Below, piece by piece: positions 1 through 11,341 of a stretch of 64,000 nt of DNA. The notes under the pieces are model-generated. The model searched no databases, was not told the origin of the DNA, and was given only the letters and a program-made list of their open reading frames with translations. Positions within the stretch are counted from its first letter, which is position 1; the number at the start of each line of letters is the position of its first letter. The stretch covers positions 96,001 through 160,000 of the forward strand of contig CAVYSY010000024.1 in the NCBI GenBank assembly GCA_963771175.1, in the 5' to 3' direction. The position numbers were made by a program, and so were the translations under genes. The stretch comes from an uncultured delta proteobacterium. Its GTDB lineage: Bacteria > Myxococcota > Myxococcia > Myxococcales > Myxococcaceae.

Positions 1-126
1 GGGTTGTAAACGCGCTCCAGATGGCTTGACCCGTTCCCCTGGCGTTCTTATCATTCCTCCAGGCATTCCTGGGTTTTCCCAGGAGTTTCAACGATTTGCA
101 GTTCGGAGAGGTTGAGTAGAAGGGTT

Positions 127-315
127 GTCCCCTGCGGGGCGCGTGATGCCCAGCAGAAATTCGAACCGATACGTCCATAACGGGGTCCGTTCCGGGTTCC
201 ATGAGCAAGCCCTCCCCTCGCGGGATGAGGGAAGCCTACGGCGCCAAGATTTGGTCCCCACCTGGCTTTTCTAGGGTTCAATGGACGCTAGGCACACGGC
301 CATTCGGCGGGGGAC
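127..315 (+). ncRNA. ssrS: 6S RNA
   Basis: ~189 nt. The 5' end GTCCCCTGC (127-135) pairs with the 3' end GCGGGGGAC (307-315) and is followed by a T-tract. Internal GAACC (163-167) pairs with GGTTC (275-279). It lies directly upstream of ygfA, the classic ssrS-ygfA arrangement. Confidence 0.8.
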
Positions 316-344
316 TTTTTCTTTCTCTTGGCGGGAGTGGGGCG

Positions 345-971
345 GTGGCGAGCGAGACGGTGGCACAAGAGGGGGCAGCTCGGAAGGTGTCGCTGCGTGA
401 GGAGCTGACGGCTCGGCGCAAGGCGATGACGCCGGATATCATCGACGAGCGCGGACTGAAGGTTCAGTCACGATTCCTGGCAACGCCCTATTACCAAAAG
501 GCACGGACGGTGGCGCTCTACGCCCCCATTCGGGGTGAAGTGCCCACGCGGGACATCCTCATCGCGGCGCTGCAGGACGAGAAGATCGTCTGCTACCCGC
601 TGTCCCATGTCCATGGACGTATTCTTTCCTTCCGGGCCATCCGGTCCGAGGGCGAGCTGGAGCCGGGGCGGCTCGGAGTCCGCGAGCCCACCAACTCCGC
701 CGAGCTCATCCCGGTGGACCAGATCGACCTGTTCGTGGTGCCCGGACTGGGCTTCACGCGAGACGGCAAGAGGCTGGGCCGGGGTGGCGGCTACTATGAC
801 GCCACGCTGAAGGCGGCCTCGGCTCGCAGCCGTCGGGTAGGGCTGGCCTTCGGGGACCAAATCGTCGATACCATGCCGACGAACGCCGACGACGTGGACA
901 TGGACCTCGTCGTGACCGAGGCGGAAACATTGCGCGGGCTCTACCGCGACTGGGATTTCCTGGACACGTGA
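345..971 (+). CDS. ygfA: 5-formyltetrahydrofolate cyclo-ligase
   Basis: Motifs VPGLGF and RLGRGGGYYD. The GTG start at 345 is preferred over ATG 201, which lies inside the 6S RNA. Confidence 0.92.
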   Translation: MASETVAQEGAARKVSLREELTARRKAMTPDIIDERGLKVQSRFLATPYYQKARTVALYAPIRGEVPTRDILIAALQDEKIVCYPLSHVHGRILSFRAIRSEGELEPGRLGVREPTNSAELIPVDQIDLFVVPGLGFTRDGKRLGRGGGYYDATLKAASARSRRVGLAFGDQIVDTMPTNADDVDMDLVVTEAETLRGLYRDWDFLDT

Positions 972-1759
972 AAGTACTCTTCATGGGCGATGTGGTGGGC
1001 AAGCCAGGCGTCATGGCTGTGCGCACCCTCCTCCCCAAGCTCATCGCGCGCCACTCGGTGGACCTGTGCGTCGCCAACGCTGAAAACAGCGAAGGCGGCG
1101 CCGGCATCTCCCCTGAGTCGGCCGAAGCGCTGCTCGGCAGTGAGGTCAACCTCCTGACGAGCGGCAATCATTTCTGGACGAAGAAGCAGATCCTGCCCTG
1201 GGTGGAGGACAACCCCACCCTGCTCCTGCGCCCGGCCAACTACCCCAAGGGGGCACCGGGCAGGGGGCACACCGTCATCCAGACGCCGGACGGGCGCAAG
1301 CTCGGGGTGCTCAACCTCGAGGGCCGTACCTTCATGAAGCCGTTGGACAACCCGTTCACGGTGGCGGTGGACCTGGTGGCGGAGTTGCGCAAGCAGACGC
1401 CCTGCATCCTGGTGGACATGCACTGCGAGGCCTCCAGCGAGAAGAACGCCATGGGGGCCCACCTGGACGGCAAGGTGTCCGCGGTCGTGGGCACGCACAC
1501 GCACGTGCAGACGGCCGACGAGCGGATTCTCCCCGGCGGCACCGCCTTCATCACCGACGTGGGCATGTGTGGCCCGCTGGACTCCGTCATCGGGGTGAAG
1601 AAGGAGCTGTCCGTCGAGCGCTTCATCACCCTGCGCAACACCCCCTACGAGGTAGCCAAGAATCTCGTCTACCTGCAGGGCGTGGTCATCGACATGGATG
1701 ACAAGACGGGGAAGGCGCGGAGCATCGAGCGCGTCCGCGAGCACCTGCCGGGCACCTGA
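968..1759 (+). CDS. TIGR00282/YmdB-family metallophosphoesterase
   Basis: Motifs GDVVG, NAEN, TSGNH, DMHCEASSEK, GTHTHVQTAD and TDVGMCG. GTGA overlap with ygfA. Confidence 0.93.
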   Translation: MKVLFMGDVVGKPGVMAVRTLLPKLIARHSVDLCVANAENSEGGAGISPESAEALLGSEVNLLTSGNHFWTKKQILPWVEDNPTLLLRPANYPKGAPGRGHTVIQTPDGRKLGVLNLEGRTFMKPLDNPFTVAVDLVAELRKQTPCILVDMHCEASSEKNAMGAHLDGKVSAVVGTHTHVQTADERILPGGTAFITDVGMCGPLDSVIGVKKELSVERFITLRNTPYEVAKNLVYLQGVVIDMDDKTGKARSIERVREHLPGT

Positions 1760-1803
1760 TTCCGCGCGTCTCTCCGGTGGTTTTCGGTTAGGTTTCCCGC
1801 GTC

Positions 1804-3067
1804 ATGTCCGAAAACCCGCTGCGCAAGGCGACTCCCCAGGAGCAGTTCGACGAAGTGACCCGCGGCACCGTGGACATCCAGGTGCCCGAGGAGCTCAAGA
1901 AGAAGCTCGAGCGCTCGTACGAGACGGGCAAGCCGCTCGTCATCAAGGCGGGCTTCGATCCGAGCCGCCCGGACCTGCACCTGGGCCACTCGCTGCTGCT
2001 CACGCGCATGCGGCGCTTCCAGGACTTCGGTCACCAGGTGGTGTTCCTCATCGGTGACTTCACCGCGCTCATCGGTGATCCCACGGGGAAGAACACCACG
2101 CGCCCCGCCCTCACCCGCGACGAGGTGAAGGTCAACGCCCAGACGTACCAGGAGCAGGTCTTCAAGGTGCTGGACGCGGCGAAGACGCAGGTGCGCTTCA
2201 ACTCCGAGTGGTTGGACAAGCTGGGCACCGAGGGGATGATCCGCCTGGCGGCGCGCTACTCGGTGCAGCGCATGCTGGAGCGCGATGACTTCAAGAAGCG
2301 CTTCCGGGAGAACCGCTCCATCGCCATCCACGAGTTCCTCTACCCGCTGCTGCAGGGCTACGACTCGGTGGCGCTGAAGGCGGACGTGGAGCTGGGCGCG
2401 ACGGATCAGCTCTTCAACCTGCTGGTGGGCCGGCAGCTCATGAAGGAAGAGGGCATGGAGCCGCAGGTCATCATGACCGGGCCCATCCTCGAGGGCCTGG
2501 ACGCGAAGATGGTCGACGGGAAGATCGTCGGCGACAAGATGTCCAAGAGCCTGGACAACTACGTGGGCATCAGCGAGGCGCCGGAGCAGATCTACGGCAA
2601 GCTGATGAGCATCACGGACGACCTGATGTGGCGCTACTACGAGCTGCTGTCGTCGCGGTCGCTCAAGGAGCTCGCCGAGCTGAAGGCGAAGGTGGCGAGG
2701 CGGGGAGCTGCACCCGAAGGCGGCGAAGTCGGGGTTCGCGCAGGAGATCGCCGCGCGCTTCCACGACGAGGAGTCGGCGCGCAAGGCGATGCAGGCCTGG
2801 GAGGAGCGCTACTCGCAGAAGAAGATCGTCGCCGAGGACCAGCCGCTGGCGGAGGTGTCGCTGGGAGGGGCGCCGAAGATGCCGCTGGCGAAGGCCCTGG
2901 CGGAGGCGAAGCTGGTGGCATCGGTGACGGAGGGCCGCAAGCTGATGGGCCAGGGCGGCGTGCGGGTGAACGGGGAGAAGGTGTCCGACTCCAAGCACGA
3001 GCTGGAGGCCGGCGAGTACCTGGTGCAGGTGGGCAAGCACAAGTCCGCGCGCCTCAAGCTGGCCTGA
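1804..3067 (+). CDS. tyrS: Tyrosine--tRNA ligase (apparent frameshift near 2700)
   Basis: [13 protein letters not shown] (HIGH) and KMSKS motifs. The C-terminal S4 domain continues in the 2789-3067 frame. Confidence 0.95.
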
Positions 3068-3177
3068 CGCAGGCAGCCGCCGGCGGGTGTGCCGCGGCCT
3101 TCATCGAAGACGCGATATTCGAACCCGTGGAGGACACTCCGACTCCACGGGTTCAAATCCCGCCCCGCCCTACCCGC

Positions 3178-5334
3178 TCACCAGATGCGCACGCGCTGCT
3201 CGGGAGTGAGGTAGAGCGACTGCCCGGGCGCGGCGCCGAAAGCCTGGTACCAGGCGTCGAGGTTGCGCACCGTCGAAGCGCGGTACTCGCCCGGCGAGTG
3301 CCCGTCCGTCAGCAGGGTGCGGCGGAGGAACGGCTCGCGGTACTTGTTGCGCCAGACCTGACCGAAGCCGAGGAAGAAACGCTGGTCCCCGGTGAAGCCC
3401 TCGAGCACCGGTGCCGGCTTTCCGCCCAGCGACAGCCGGTAGGCATCGTGGGCAATCGCCAGACCGGCGACGTCGGCGATGTTCTCACCCAGGGTCAGCT
3501 CGCCATTCACCGCGACGTCGGCCAGCGGCTTGTAGGCGCTGTACTGCGCGACGAGCGCCTGGCCGGCGGCCTTGAACTTCGCCGCGTCCTCCTTCGTCCA
3601 CCAGTTCGCCAGCTTGCCCCGAGCGTCGAACTGCGCGCCGACGTCGTCGAAGCTGTGCACGATCTCGTGTCCGATGACGGAACCGATGCCGCCGTAGTTC
3701 ACCGCCGGGTCGGCGTTCGGATCGAAGAAGGGCGGCTGCAGGATGGCCGCGGGGAAGGTGATGGAGTTCTGCTGCGGAGAGTTCAGCGCGTTCACGAGCT
3801 GCGGAACCATGAACCACTCCGACCTGTCCACCGGCTTGCCGAGCTTGTCCAGGTTGCGCCGATACTCGAAGCGTGACGCGCGCTCGGCGTTGCCGTAGGC
3901 GTCCCCGCGCACGATCTCCAGCCCCGAATAGTCACGCCACTTCGCCGGGTGGCCGATGCCCACCTGGAGGGTGGCCAGCTTCTCCTTCGCGCGCGCCTTC
4001 GTCTCCGGGGACATCCACGCCAGCGAGTCGATGCGCTGGCCGAACGCCGCGATGATGTTGCGCACCATCTTGTCGGCCTCCGCCTTGGCCTCCGGCGGGA
4101 AGTACTTCTCGACGTAGAGCTTGCCGATGGCCTCCCCCAGCGCCATGCCGGTGAAGTCGACGCCGCGCTTCCAGCGCTCACGAATCTGCTGCGCGCCCGA
4201 GAGCACGCGGCCATTGAACGCGAAGGACTCGTCCACGAAGGCCTTGGGCAGGAGGGGCGCGGCGCGCTTGATGGCGTGGAAGGCCAGGTAGTCCTTCCAG
4301 GTCTGCACGGGCTGGCTACCGACGAGCTTCGCGATTCCCGTCACCGCGCTCGGCTGCCAGACGATGAACTCGCGCTGCTGCCCGAGGCCCGCGGCGCCAA
4401 ACCAGGCATTCCAATCGAGGCCGGGCGCGCGCTTCGAGAACTCGTCCCGAGGCCAGGGGTTGTTCACCTTGGCGACGTCCTGCGTGTCCACCTGGGCCCA
4501 GTGGACCCGAGCGATCTCCCGCTCGAGCTCGAAGATGCGACGCGCCTTGGCGTCCGCGTCGGAGATGCCCGCCAGGCGCAGCATGGCCGCGATGTGCTGC
4601 TGGTACTTCTGGCGCACCTCCGTGAACCGGGCGTTGTCGACGAGGTAGTAGTCGCGATCCGGCAGGCCCAGGCCACCCTGCAGCAGATAGGCGGCGTAGC
4701 GCGACGGCTCGTTCAGGTCCTCGGTCACCCAGAAGCCGAAGAGCCGATCGGTGGTGACTTGGCCGGTGTTGAGCGCATCGACGTCGGCGCGCAGCGTGTC
4801 ACCCAGCACGGTGGCGAGCTCGCTCCGGGTGGAGATGGCGGCGATGCGGTCGAGCTCCGGCTTGAGCGGCGACACGCCCTTCGCCTCGATGGCCGTCTCG
4901 TCCATGAAGCTCGCGAAGGCGTCACCCAGCTTACGGACCTCGCTGCCCTCGGGTGCGTTGGAGCTCGCGGCCTCCTCGATCAGCGCGCGCGTACGCTGGC
5001 CCGCCTCTTCCGCGAGCCTCGTGAACATGCCGTAGCGCGACTGGTCCGCCGGAATTTCCGCCTTCTCGAGCCATGTGCCGTTGACGAAGCGGTAGAAGCT
5101 GTCGCCGGGCGCCACGGACCTGTCCATCCCGGCGGTGTCGATACCGAAGCCGCCGTAGGTGGGCTTCGGGCCAGGCGCCGGGGCGGCTGGGGCCGCGGGA
5201 GGCGGCGTCACCTGCGTCGGCGCGGTCGCCTTGTCCATCGGCGTGGACGTGGCACACGCGGCGAGCAACGCGGATGCACTGGCCGAGAGAACCACGCGCG
5301 CGGCACCCGGAATACGTCGGAACTTCGATGTCAT
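3178..5334 (-). CDS. M13 family (neprilysin/PepO-like) metallopeptidase, lipoprotein
   Basis: [14 protein letters not shown] (HExxH), GENIAD and HSP motifs. Lipobox LLAAC follows start MTSKFRR. Confidence 0.93.
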   Translation of the reverse strand: MTSKFRRIPGAARVVLSASASALLAACATSTPMDKATAPTQVTPPPAAPAAPAPGPKPTYGGFGIDTAGMDRSVAPGDSFYRFVNGTWLEKAEIPADQSRYGMFTRLAEEAGQRTRALIEEAASSNAPEGSEVRKLGDAFASFMDETAIEAKGVSPLKPELDRIAAISTRSELATVLGDTLRADVDALNTGQVTTDRLFGFWVTEDLNEPSRYAAYLLQGGLGLPDRDYYLVDNARFTEVRQKYQQHIAAMLRLAGISDADAKARRIFELEREIARVHWAQVDTQDVAKVNNPWPRDEFSKRAPGLDWNAWFGAAGLGQQREFIVWQPSAVTGIAKLVGSQPVQTWKDYLAFHAIKRAAPLLPKAFVDESFAFNGRVLSGAQQIRERWKRGVDFTGMALGEAIGKLYVEKYFPPEAKAEADKMVRNIIAAFGQRIDSLAWMSPETKARAKEKLATLQVGIGHPAKWRDYSGLEIVRGDAYGNAERASRFEYRRNLDKLGKPVDRSEWFMVPQLVNALNSPQQNSITFPAAILQPPFFDPNADPAVNYGGIGSVIGHEIVHSFDDVGAQFDARGKLANWWTKEDAAKFKAAGQALVAQYSAYKPLADVAVNGELTLGENIADVAGLAIAHDAYRLSLGGKPAPVLEGFTGDQRFFLGFGQVWRNKYREPFLRRTLLTDGHSPGEYRASTVRNLDAWYQAFGAAPGQSLYLTPEQRVRIW

Positions 5335-5544
5335 TGTGAAAGCCCCTCCTGAACATGCCACTCGAACGAAGGAGGACGAGCGGCCGAAAACCCGGGGCCC
5401 CCAACAGCAAGGACCGTTGCTTAATCCCGAGCGTCGAGTCCGGGACAGAAAGCCGGAACCGCTGGACAGATACCACTCCCTACTCGCCCCCCCTACCTCT
5501 GCACCCCACGCCAATGCCCTGGCTCGTCCCAGGGGGAGGGTTCG

Positions 5545-8034
5545 GTGTTGCGATACGACCGGTCATGGCTCAGGTATGCCCTGGGTTCCATCTGTGTGTT
5601 GACGGGCATGGCGTTGTTTCTCGCGACTCCGGGAGCCAGAGCCACCGCTCCAGCCCCCCTGGCCCTGCCGGGTGGCTTCACCCAGGAGGTGATCGCCTTG
5701 GGACTGAACCTCCCGACGATGTTCGCGCCCCTCCCGGATGGCCGCATCCTGATTGCCGAGAAGGCAGGCGTGGTGAAGGTCTTCAAGAACGGGGCCATCC
5801 TGGGCACGCCCTTCATCGACCTCCGGGCTCGCGTCAATGACTTCTCCGACCGCGGGCTCCTGGGAATGACCATCGACCCGGACTTCGCGAGGAACGGCTT
5901 CGTCTACCTGCTCTACATCTACGAGAACGATCCGAACGACTACGAAGGGCCCAAGACGGGACGGCTGGCGCGCTATACGGCCGTGGGCGACATGGCCTCG
6001 CCGGACAGCGAGGCGGTGCTCCTGGGCACCACCGTGGGCCGCTCCTGTTTCGACTTCCCGGCGGGCACCGACTGCATCCCCGCGGACAGCGCGTCCCATT
6101 CCGTGGGCAACCTCAAGTTCGCTCCCGATGGCAGTCTCTTCGTGACCCTGGGCGATGCGGCCTTCTCCGTCGTCGACCCCAACGCGCTCAGGTCGCAGGA
6201 CCTCGACTCCCTCGCGGGCAAGCTGCTCCGCATCACGCCGAGCGGCTCCGGCCTGCCGACGAATCCCTATTGGAATGGCTCCGGCAACGCCAACCGCTCG
6301 AAGGTCTGGAGCCTCGGCCTGCGCAACACCTTCCGGTTCAACCTGCGTCCGGGCAGCGGAGTCCCCTACCTGGCCGACGTCGGCTGGAATGACTTCGAGG
6401 AGATCAACGTCGCGACCCCGGGGGCCAACTTCGGCTGGCCGTGTTACGAGGGCTTCCAACGCCAGAGCGGCTTCGAGCCCTTCGCGGAGTGCCAGGCCCT
6501 CTATGCGCGCGGCCCGTCCGCCGTGAAGATGCCGCTCTTCGTCTATGATCACGGCGGCATCGGCGCGTCCATCACCGGAGGGGTGTTCTATTCCGGTACC
6601 GCCTACCCCACCCTCTATCAGGACGCCTTCTTCTTCGGGGACTTCGCACGAGGCACGATGCATGTCCTGAAGGTGGATGCCAACGACAACCTGCTCAGCG
6701 TGGACCCGTTCGCGACCGGCATCGACGGGATGGTCAGTCTCGAGCTCGGCCCGGACTCCAACCTCTACTACCTCTCCGTCTTCCAGGGAGAGCTACGGCG
6801 CATCCGCTACGTGGGATCCAACTCCCCGCCTGTCGCGGCCGCCTCGGCCACTCCGACGAATGGCACCGCCCCCCTGAGCGTCCAGTTCTCGAGCGCCGGC
6901 TCGGAGGATCCAGAAGGCACGCTCCTGAGCTTCACCTGGGACTTCGGGGATGGCACGCCCACGACGAATCAGCCCCATCCGTTGCACACCTACTCCAGCA
7001 ATGGCACCTACACCGCGCGGCTGATCGTGGCGGATGCCCAGGGAGGCACCAGCTCGGCCGTGGTGGTCATCACCGTGGGCAACACCGCCCCCACCGTGAC
7101 CATCCACTCGCCCGATGCCTCTCTCCGGTTCAAGGTGGGAGACGTCATCATGTTCTCCGGCTCGGCGACGGACCCAGAGGACGGCGTCCTTCCTGATTCC
7201 AGCCTGGCCTGGACCGTCATCCTGCAACACTGCCCCGGCGGTGACTGTCACCCCCACCCGCACCTCTCGATCACGGGAGCGCAAGGCAGCTTCACCATCC
7301 CGGATCACGGGAGTGATTACTTCTTCGAGCTCCGGCTCACCGCCACGAACGCCAGCGGGCTGTCGGCCACCAAGAGCGTACTCCTCCAGCCCCAGACGAT
7401 GCTGCTCACCGTGGACACCTTTCCCTCCGGGTTGCAGGTGGTGTACGACGGCACGCCCGGAACGGCGCCCCTGACGCGCACGGCGATCGTCGGCACCCGC
7501 CACACGCTCTACACGCCGACCCCCCAGGAGGAGTTCACGTTCGAGTCCTGGTCGGATGGGGGCGGGTTGCAGCACGACGTGATCGCCGGCACGACGGATA
7601 CCACGTACACCGCGACCTTCACCGCGCCGTGGCCCGAGTCATGCCCGGTGGGACAGTTCCGCGCGGAGTACTTCAACAATACCTTCCTCGCCGGCCCTCC
7701 TTCACGCGTCCGCTGCGAGCCCTCCCCCGTCGACTACGACTGGGGAGAGGGTGCACCACCCGATACCGGACTCGGGCCGGACGAGTTCTCGGTCCGCTGG
7801 ACCGGGCGCATCTCCTTCTCCTCGGGCCTCTACAGGTTCACCGCCCGCGCCGATGATGGTGTGCGACTCTGGGTGGACGGTGGCGCACCGCTCATCGATG
7901 CCTGGAGGGATCAGTCTCCCACGCAGTACCGCGCCTACCGCTACCTCTCCCGAGGTGAGCACACGGTGCAGCTCGAGTACTACGAAGCGGGGGGGGGCGC
8001 GGTCTGCCAGCTCCGCTGGGCCAGGACCTGGTAG
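5545..8034 (+). CDS. Secreted PQQ-dependent sugar dehydrogenase (GSDH) with PKD and PA14 domains
   Basis: DRGLLG, GKLLRI, GLRN and ADVGW motifs. PKD motif WDFGDG. C-terminal PA14 (FSVRWTG, ADDGVRLWVDG, LEYYE). Exact start uncertain. Confidence 0.85.
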   Translation: MLRYDRSWLRYALGSICVLTGMALFLATPGARATAPAPLALPGGFTQEVIALGLNLPTMFAPLPDGRILIAEKAGVVKVFKNGAILGTPFIDLRARVNDFSDRGLLGMTIDPDFARNGFVYLLYIYENDPNDYEGPKTGRLARYTAVGDMASPDSEAVLLGTTVGRSCFDFPAGTDCIPADSASHSVGNLKFAPDGSLFVTLGDAAFSVVDPNALRSQDLDSLAGKLLRITPSGSGLPTNPYWNGSGNANRSKVWSLGLRNTFRFNLRPGSGVPYLADVGWNDFEEINVATPGANFGWPCYEGFQRQSGFEPFAECQALYARGPSAVKMPLFVYDHGGIGASITGGVFYSGTAYPTLYQDAFFFGDFARGTMHVLKVDANDNLLSVDPFATGIDGMVSLELGPDSNLYYLSVFQGELRRIRYVGSNSPPVAAASATPTNGTAPLSVQFSSAGSEDPEGTLLSFTWDFGDGTPTTNQPHPLHTYSSNGTYTARLIVADAQGGTSSAVVVITVGNTAPTVTIHSPDASLRFKVGDVIMFSGSATDPEDGVLPDSSLAWTVILQHCPGGDCHPHPHLSITGAQGSFTIPDHGSDYFFELRLTATNASGLSATKSVLLQPQTMLLTVDTFPSGLQVVYDGTPGTAPLTRTAIVGTRHTLYTPTPQEEFTFESWSDGGGLQHDVIAGTTDTTYTATFTAPWPESCPVGQFRAEYFNNTFLAGPPSRVRCEPSPVDYDWGEGAPPDTGLGPDEFSVRWTGRISFSSGLYRFTARADDGVRLWVDGGAPLIDAWRDQSPTQYRAYRYLSRGEHTVQLEYYEAGGGAVCQLRWARTW

Positions 8035-8083
8035 GGAGGGACACGGTGGAAGAAGGCCGGGGTGAGGGTATCCTGCGCGGGCG

Positions 8084-9107
8084 ATGCGGCTCCTGACCCT
8101 GCTCCTGATTGGCCTGTGTACCCTCCCCTTCCGCGCCCACGCCTCGGGCGCCTTCGTCTCCGGCGTTGCGCTGGAGGCGGTGGACCAACCCGAGTCCACG
8201 AAGGTCGTCTTCACCGTCGAGCCGGACACGGCCTACCCGGTCCTCAAGAAGGGAGGCCCCGGCCGTGAGTGGTGCAAGCTGAAGGGGGCCACCGGCGAGG
8301 GCTGGGTGAAGTGTGACGGCACGGCGGACCTCCCGGAGAAGCCGCACCTCAGTGGAGAGTTCCTGGCGTCTCGGGATCGGGCTCCCGAGGCCGCTCCCCT
8401 GCCCTCCGATGTCCCCGCGGCCAAGGGCTGCGCCACCACCTGTGCCACCCCTCCCCTCTTCCGCCAGACACCGACGCTCAGCCCGGTGGACCGCGAGGTG
8501 CTCGGGATGTGCCCGGCGCGCCCGGACGCGTCGGTGAGCCGGGGCGACGTGCAGCGCTTCATGTCCGCGCACTACGACGACCCGCGCATCCAACGCGCCC
8601 TGTCCGCGGCGGGACGCCCCGGCGCGCGCCAGGCGAACATCGAGTGGCTCACGGGTCTCTGGGTGAGCACGGGCCCGCGCAACGCCTTCACCCACGTCTT
8701 CTGCGGCGACGACTGGACGACCCGCACCATCGGCGGGCTGCACTACCTGCCGCGCTACGCGCAGCTCGAGTCGGAGGGGAAGCTCTGCTTCGCCGGGCCC
8801 GGCCCGGGCGGCAAGGCGCTGCAGGGCTCGCAGTACCTCATCCGCTTCCGGGGCGTGGCACCGTGGTCCTGCGCCGAGAAGAAGCTCGGGGGCTTCTCCG
8901 GGGGCGAGGACCCGGTGGCATGGTGGCCATCGGCACCCGGGCCTTCGCCCGCTGCTGCACGCGCGGTGGGGCGAAGAAGGAGGGCGGCGTGTACTCGGTC
9001 CGGACCTCGGCGGCACCTCGTGGCAGATCTGGTGCGGCACGCGCAATGGCACCTACGGCATCGCCAGCCTGTACCCCACCGACGACAAGCCGAACTGCGG
9101 CGAGTGA
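8084..9107 (+). CDS. Secreted EndoU-family ribonuclease with N-terminal SH3-like region (frameshifts ~8920-9010)
   Basis: Signal peptide, then W-C-K-L...GWV (SH3b-like). EndoU signature FTHVFCGD...IGGLHY. A C-terminus IASLYPTDDKPNCGE* is reached after frame correction. Confidence 0.7.
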
Positions 9108-9119
9108 GAGGAAGACACC

Positions 9120-9815
9120 ATGTGTGGCCGCGTCACCATCCAGACCCCCGCGTTGGCGCTCGCGCGTGCGTTCGCCCTCACCGGCATCCGCACCGCGCTC
9201 GAGCACCCCCGCTACAACCTCGCCCCCACCCAGTCGATGCCCGCCGTGGTCATCAACGACGGCGCGCGGATGCTGGACGCCTACCGCTGGGGCCTCATCC
9301 CCTCGTGGGCGAAGGACGCCTCCATCGGCAACAAGCTCATCAACGCCCGCGGCGAGACGGTGGCGGAGAAGCCCAGCTTCCGCTCCGCGCTCAAGCGCCG
9401 GCGCTGCCTGGTACTCGTGGACGGCTGGTTCGAGTGGAAGCAAAGCACGAAGCCCAAGACGCCCTTCCTCTTCCGCCGCAAGGACGGCCGGCCCCTGGCC
9501 TTCGCCGGGCTGTGGGAGGAGTGGAACGCCCCGGACACCGGCGAGGTGCTGCGCACCTGCACCGTCATCACCACCGGCCCCAACCGGCTGATGGCCCCCA
9601 TCCACGATCGGATGCCCGTCATCCTCTCCCACGAGGGCCAGGAGGTGTGGCTGCGCCCGGAGCCTCAGGAGGCCTCGGTGCTCCAGCCCCTGCTCGTGCC
9701 CTGTGACGACGGGCCCCTGGAGGCCTGGGAGGTGGCGCGCGTGGTGAACTCGCCCACGAACGACGTGGCGGCCTGTGTGGAGCGCGTGGCGAGTCAGGCC
9801 TCACTCCTCTCCTGA
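9120..9815 (+). CDS. SOS response-associated peptidase (SRAP/HMCES/YedK) abasic-site protein
   Basis: N-terminal MCGR; motifs RYNLAPTQ, NARGET, DGWFEW and IHDRMPVIL. Confidence 0.93.
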   Translation: MCGRVTIQTPALALARAFALTGIRTALEHPRYNLAPTQSMPAVVINDGARMLDAYRWGLIPSWAKDASIGNKLINARGETVAEKPSFRSALKRRRCLVLVDGWFEWKQSTKPKTPFLFRRKDGRPLAFAGLWEEWNAPDTGEVLRTCTVITTGPNRLMAPIHDRMPVILSHEGQEVWLRPEPQEASVLQPLLVPCDDGPLEAWEVARVVNSPTNDVAACVERVASQASLLS

Positions 9816-9829
9816 CCCGCGGGTGACGC

Positions 9830-10442
9830 TCAGGTCGCGGGCGAGGCCCTGCGGCGCAGACCCACGAGGTACACCTCCATGCTGCGCGCCGCGGGTGGCC
9901 TCGGGACGCACCACCTTCACCTCCTCGAAGCTGGCGCGAATCTCGTTGCGGAACTCCTCGAACTCGCCGCCCATGAAGAGCTTGGCCACGAAGGCCGAGC
10001 CAGGCCGGCCCCGGGTGACGGACACCTCGAGCGCCTTGCGGGCCAACCGCAGGCTGCGCGCCTCGTCCGTGGTGCGGATGCCGCTCGTCTTGGGCGCCAT
10101 GTCCGAGATGACCGCGTCGAAGGGCCCCTCGTACATCTCGAGCAGCTTCGCGTCGAAGTCGTCGGCCAGCACGTCCAGCACCGCCGTCTTCACGTACTGC
10201 TGGGAGAAGGGGCGAATGGGTACGATATCCACCCCGATGACCCGACCATTGGGGCCCACCGCGTCGGCGAGGATCTGCAGGAAGCCGCCCGGAGCCGCAC
10301 CCAGGTCGAGCACCGTGGCGCCCTTCTTCAAGAAGGGGAAGCGCTTGAGGATCTCGTCCACCTTGAAGGCGGAGCGGGCCCTCAACCCTTCTTGCTTGGC
10401 TTTCTTGAAATAGTGGTCTTTCGGACGGTAGGGCTTGCTCAT
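9830..10442 (-). CDS. rlmE: 23S rRNA Um2552 methyltransferase (frameshift near the C-terminus)
   Basis: RARSAFK, DLGAAPGG, SDMAP and KLF motifs. The SxEVYLVG end is in a shifted frame. Confidence 0.9.
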
Positions 10443-10535
10443 GGAGGAAGCGGTCCCTACCATCGGCTACTGTCTTCGGAAAGTCGAGCAGCCCGGGTGT
10501 CGGGCACCCGAGGAATCGCGCGGTCCGGAGGGGTC

Positions 10536-10943
10536 ATGCGACCAATCAGCGTGACGACGGCGGTGTGCATCTCCCTGTTGTCCGCGGCGTGCGCCGTGGG
10601 GTGCTGGTACCGCGCCGAGGGGCTGCGCTCGGAGGCGGACTGGCTGCTGGAGCGGAGCAGGGCCCAGGCGAGCGAGTACGCGCACAGCCTCAAGGACACC
10701 CTGGCCACCCAGGAGCTGGAGACGTTCGCGAAGCGCCGGGCGGTGCTGGAGCGGGCGCACGTGTGGCAGCGCGGGCAGACGCTGGGAATCCTGGTGGCGG
10801 TGCTGGCGGCGGCGAGCGCGTGGGTGCTGCGCGTGTGGCGTCGGCTGAACGGGGAGCTGGACGAGGCCGCCGAGGGGCTGGAGTCGCCCCAGGCCGGCGA
10901 GCCGGTGTCCGTGCGTGCGGCCATCCGGCCCTCGCGCACCTAG
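10536..10943 (+). CDS. Hypothetical two-TM membrane protein
   Basis: GGAGG RBS upstream. Two hydrophobic segments flank a helical region; high GC3. Confidence 0.65.
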   Translation: MRPISVTTAVCISLLSAACAVGCWYRAEGLRSEADWLLERSRAQASEYAHSLKDTLATQELETFAKRRAVLERAHVWQRGQTLGILVAVLAAASAWVLRVWRRLNGELDEAAEGLESPQAGEPVSVRAAIRPSRT

Positions 10944-11005
10944 AGGACTCGCGACGTCGGGAGCGCGCTGGTAAGACTGCCCCACCCTTGAGCGAGAGGT
11001 GGAGC

Positions 11006-11293
11006 ATGCCGGGCTGCGCGCACTGCGGAGGCAAACTCGACATCGTGGGCAACCAGGTGGGGCGCCGGGACACCTGCCCCCACTGCGGCGAGGAGCTGCG
11101 CTCGTGCCGCAACTGCCGCCACTTCGACGAGACGGTGGCCAAGCAGTGCAAGGAGCCCTTCGCGGAGGTGCCCTCGGACAAGGACGGGGCCAACTTCTGT
11201 GACCTCTTCCAGATCAGCGAGGGTGGCCTGAATGCGAAGCAGGCCAAGGACGACCTGCTGTCCGCCGCGGAGGCGCTGTTCAGCAAGAAGTAG
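11006..11293 (+). CDS. Small Cys-rich zinc-ribbon protein
   Basis: CAHC, CPHC and CRNC plus further Cys (QC, FC). RBS GAGGTGGAG. Confidence 0.75.
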   Translation: MPGCAHCGGKLDIVGNQVGRRDTCPHCGEELRSCRNCRHFDETVAKQCKEPFAEVPSDKDGANFCDLFQISEGGLNAKQAKDDLLSAAEALFSKK

Positions 11294-11341
11294 CGGCAGA
11301 GCTGATGAGCCAGGGCCACATCCCGGCCTGACCTGACCGCA

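Noticed and set aside
2700..3876. 690-aa TyrS with a long C-terminal extension
   Set aside because: Artefact of the frameshift. The real S4 domain ends at 3067 and the extension is antisense to the M13 peptidase.
5545..8034. GSDH-PKD-PA14 fusion as a novelty
   Set aside because: This is a familiar domain combination in soil bacteria.
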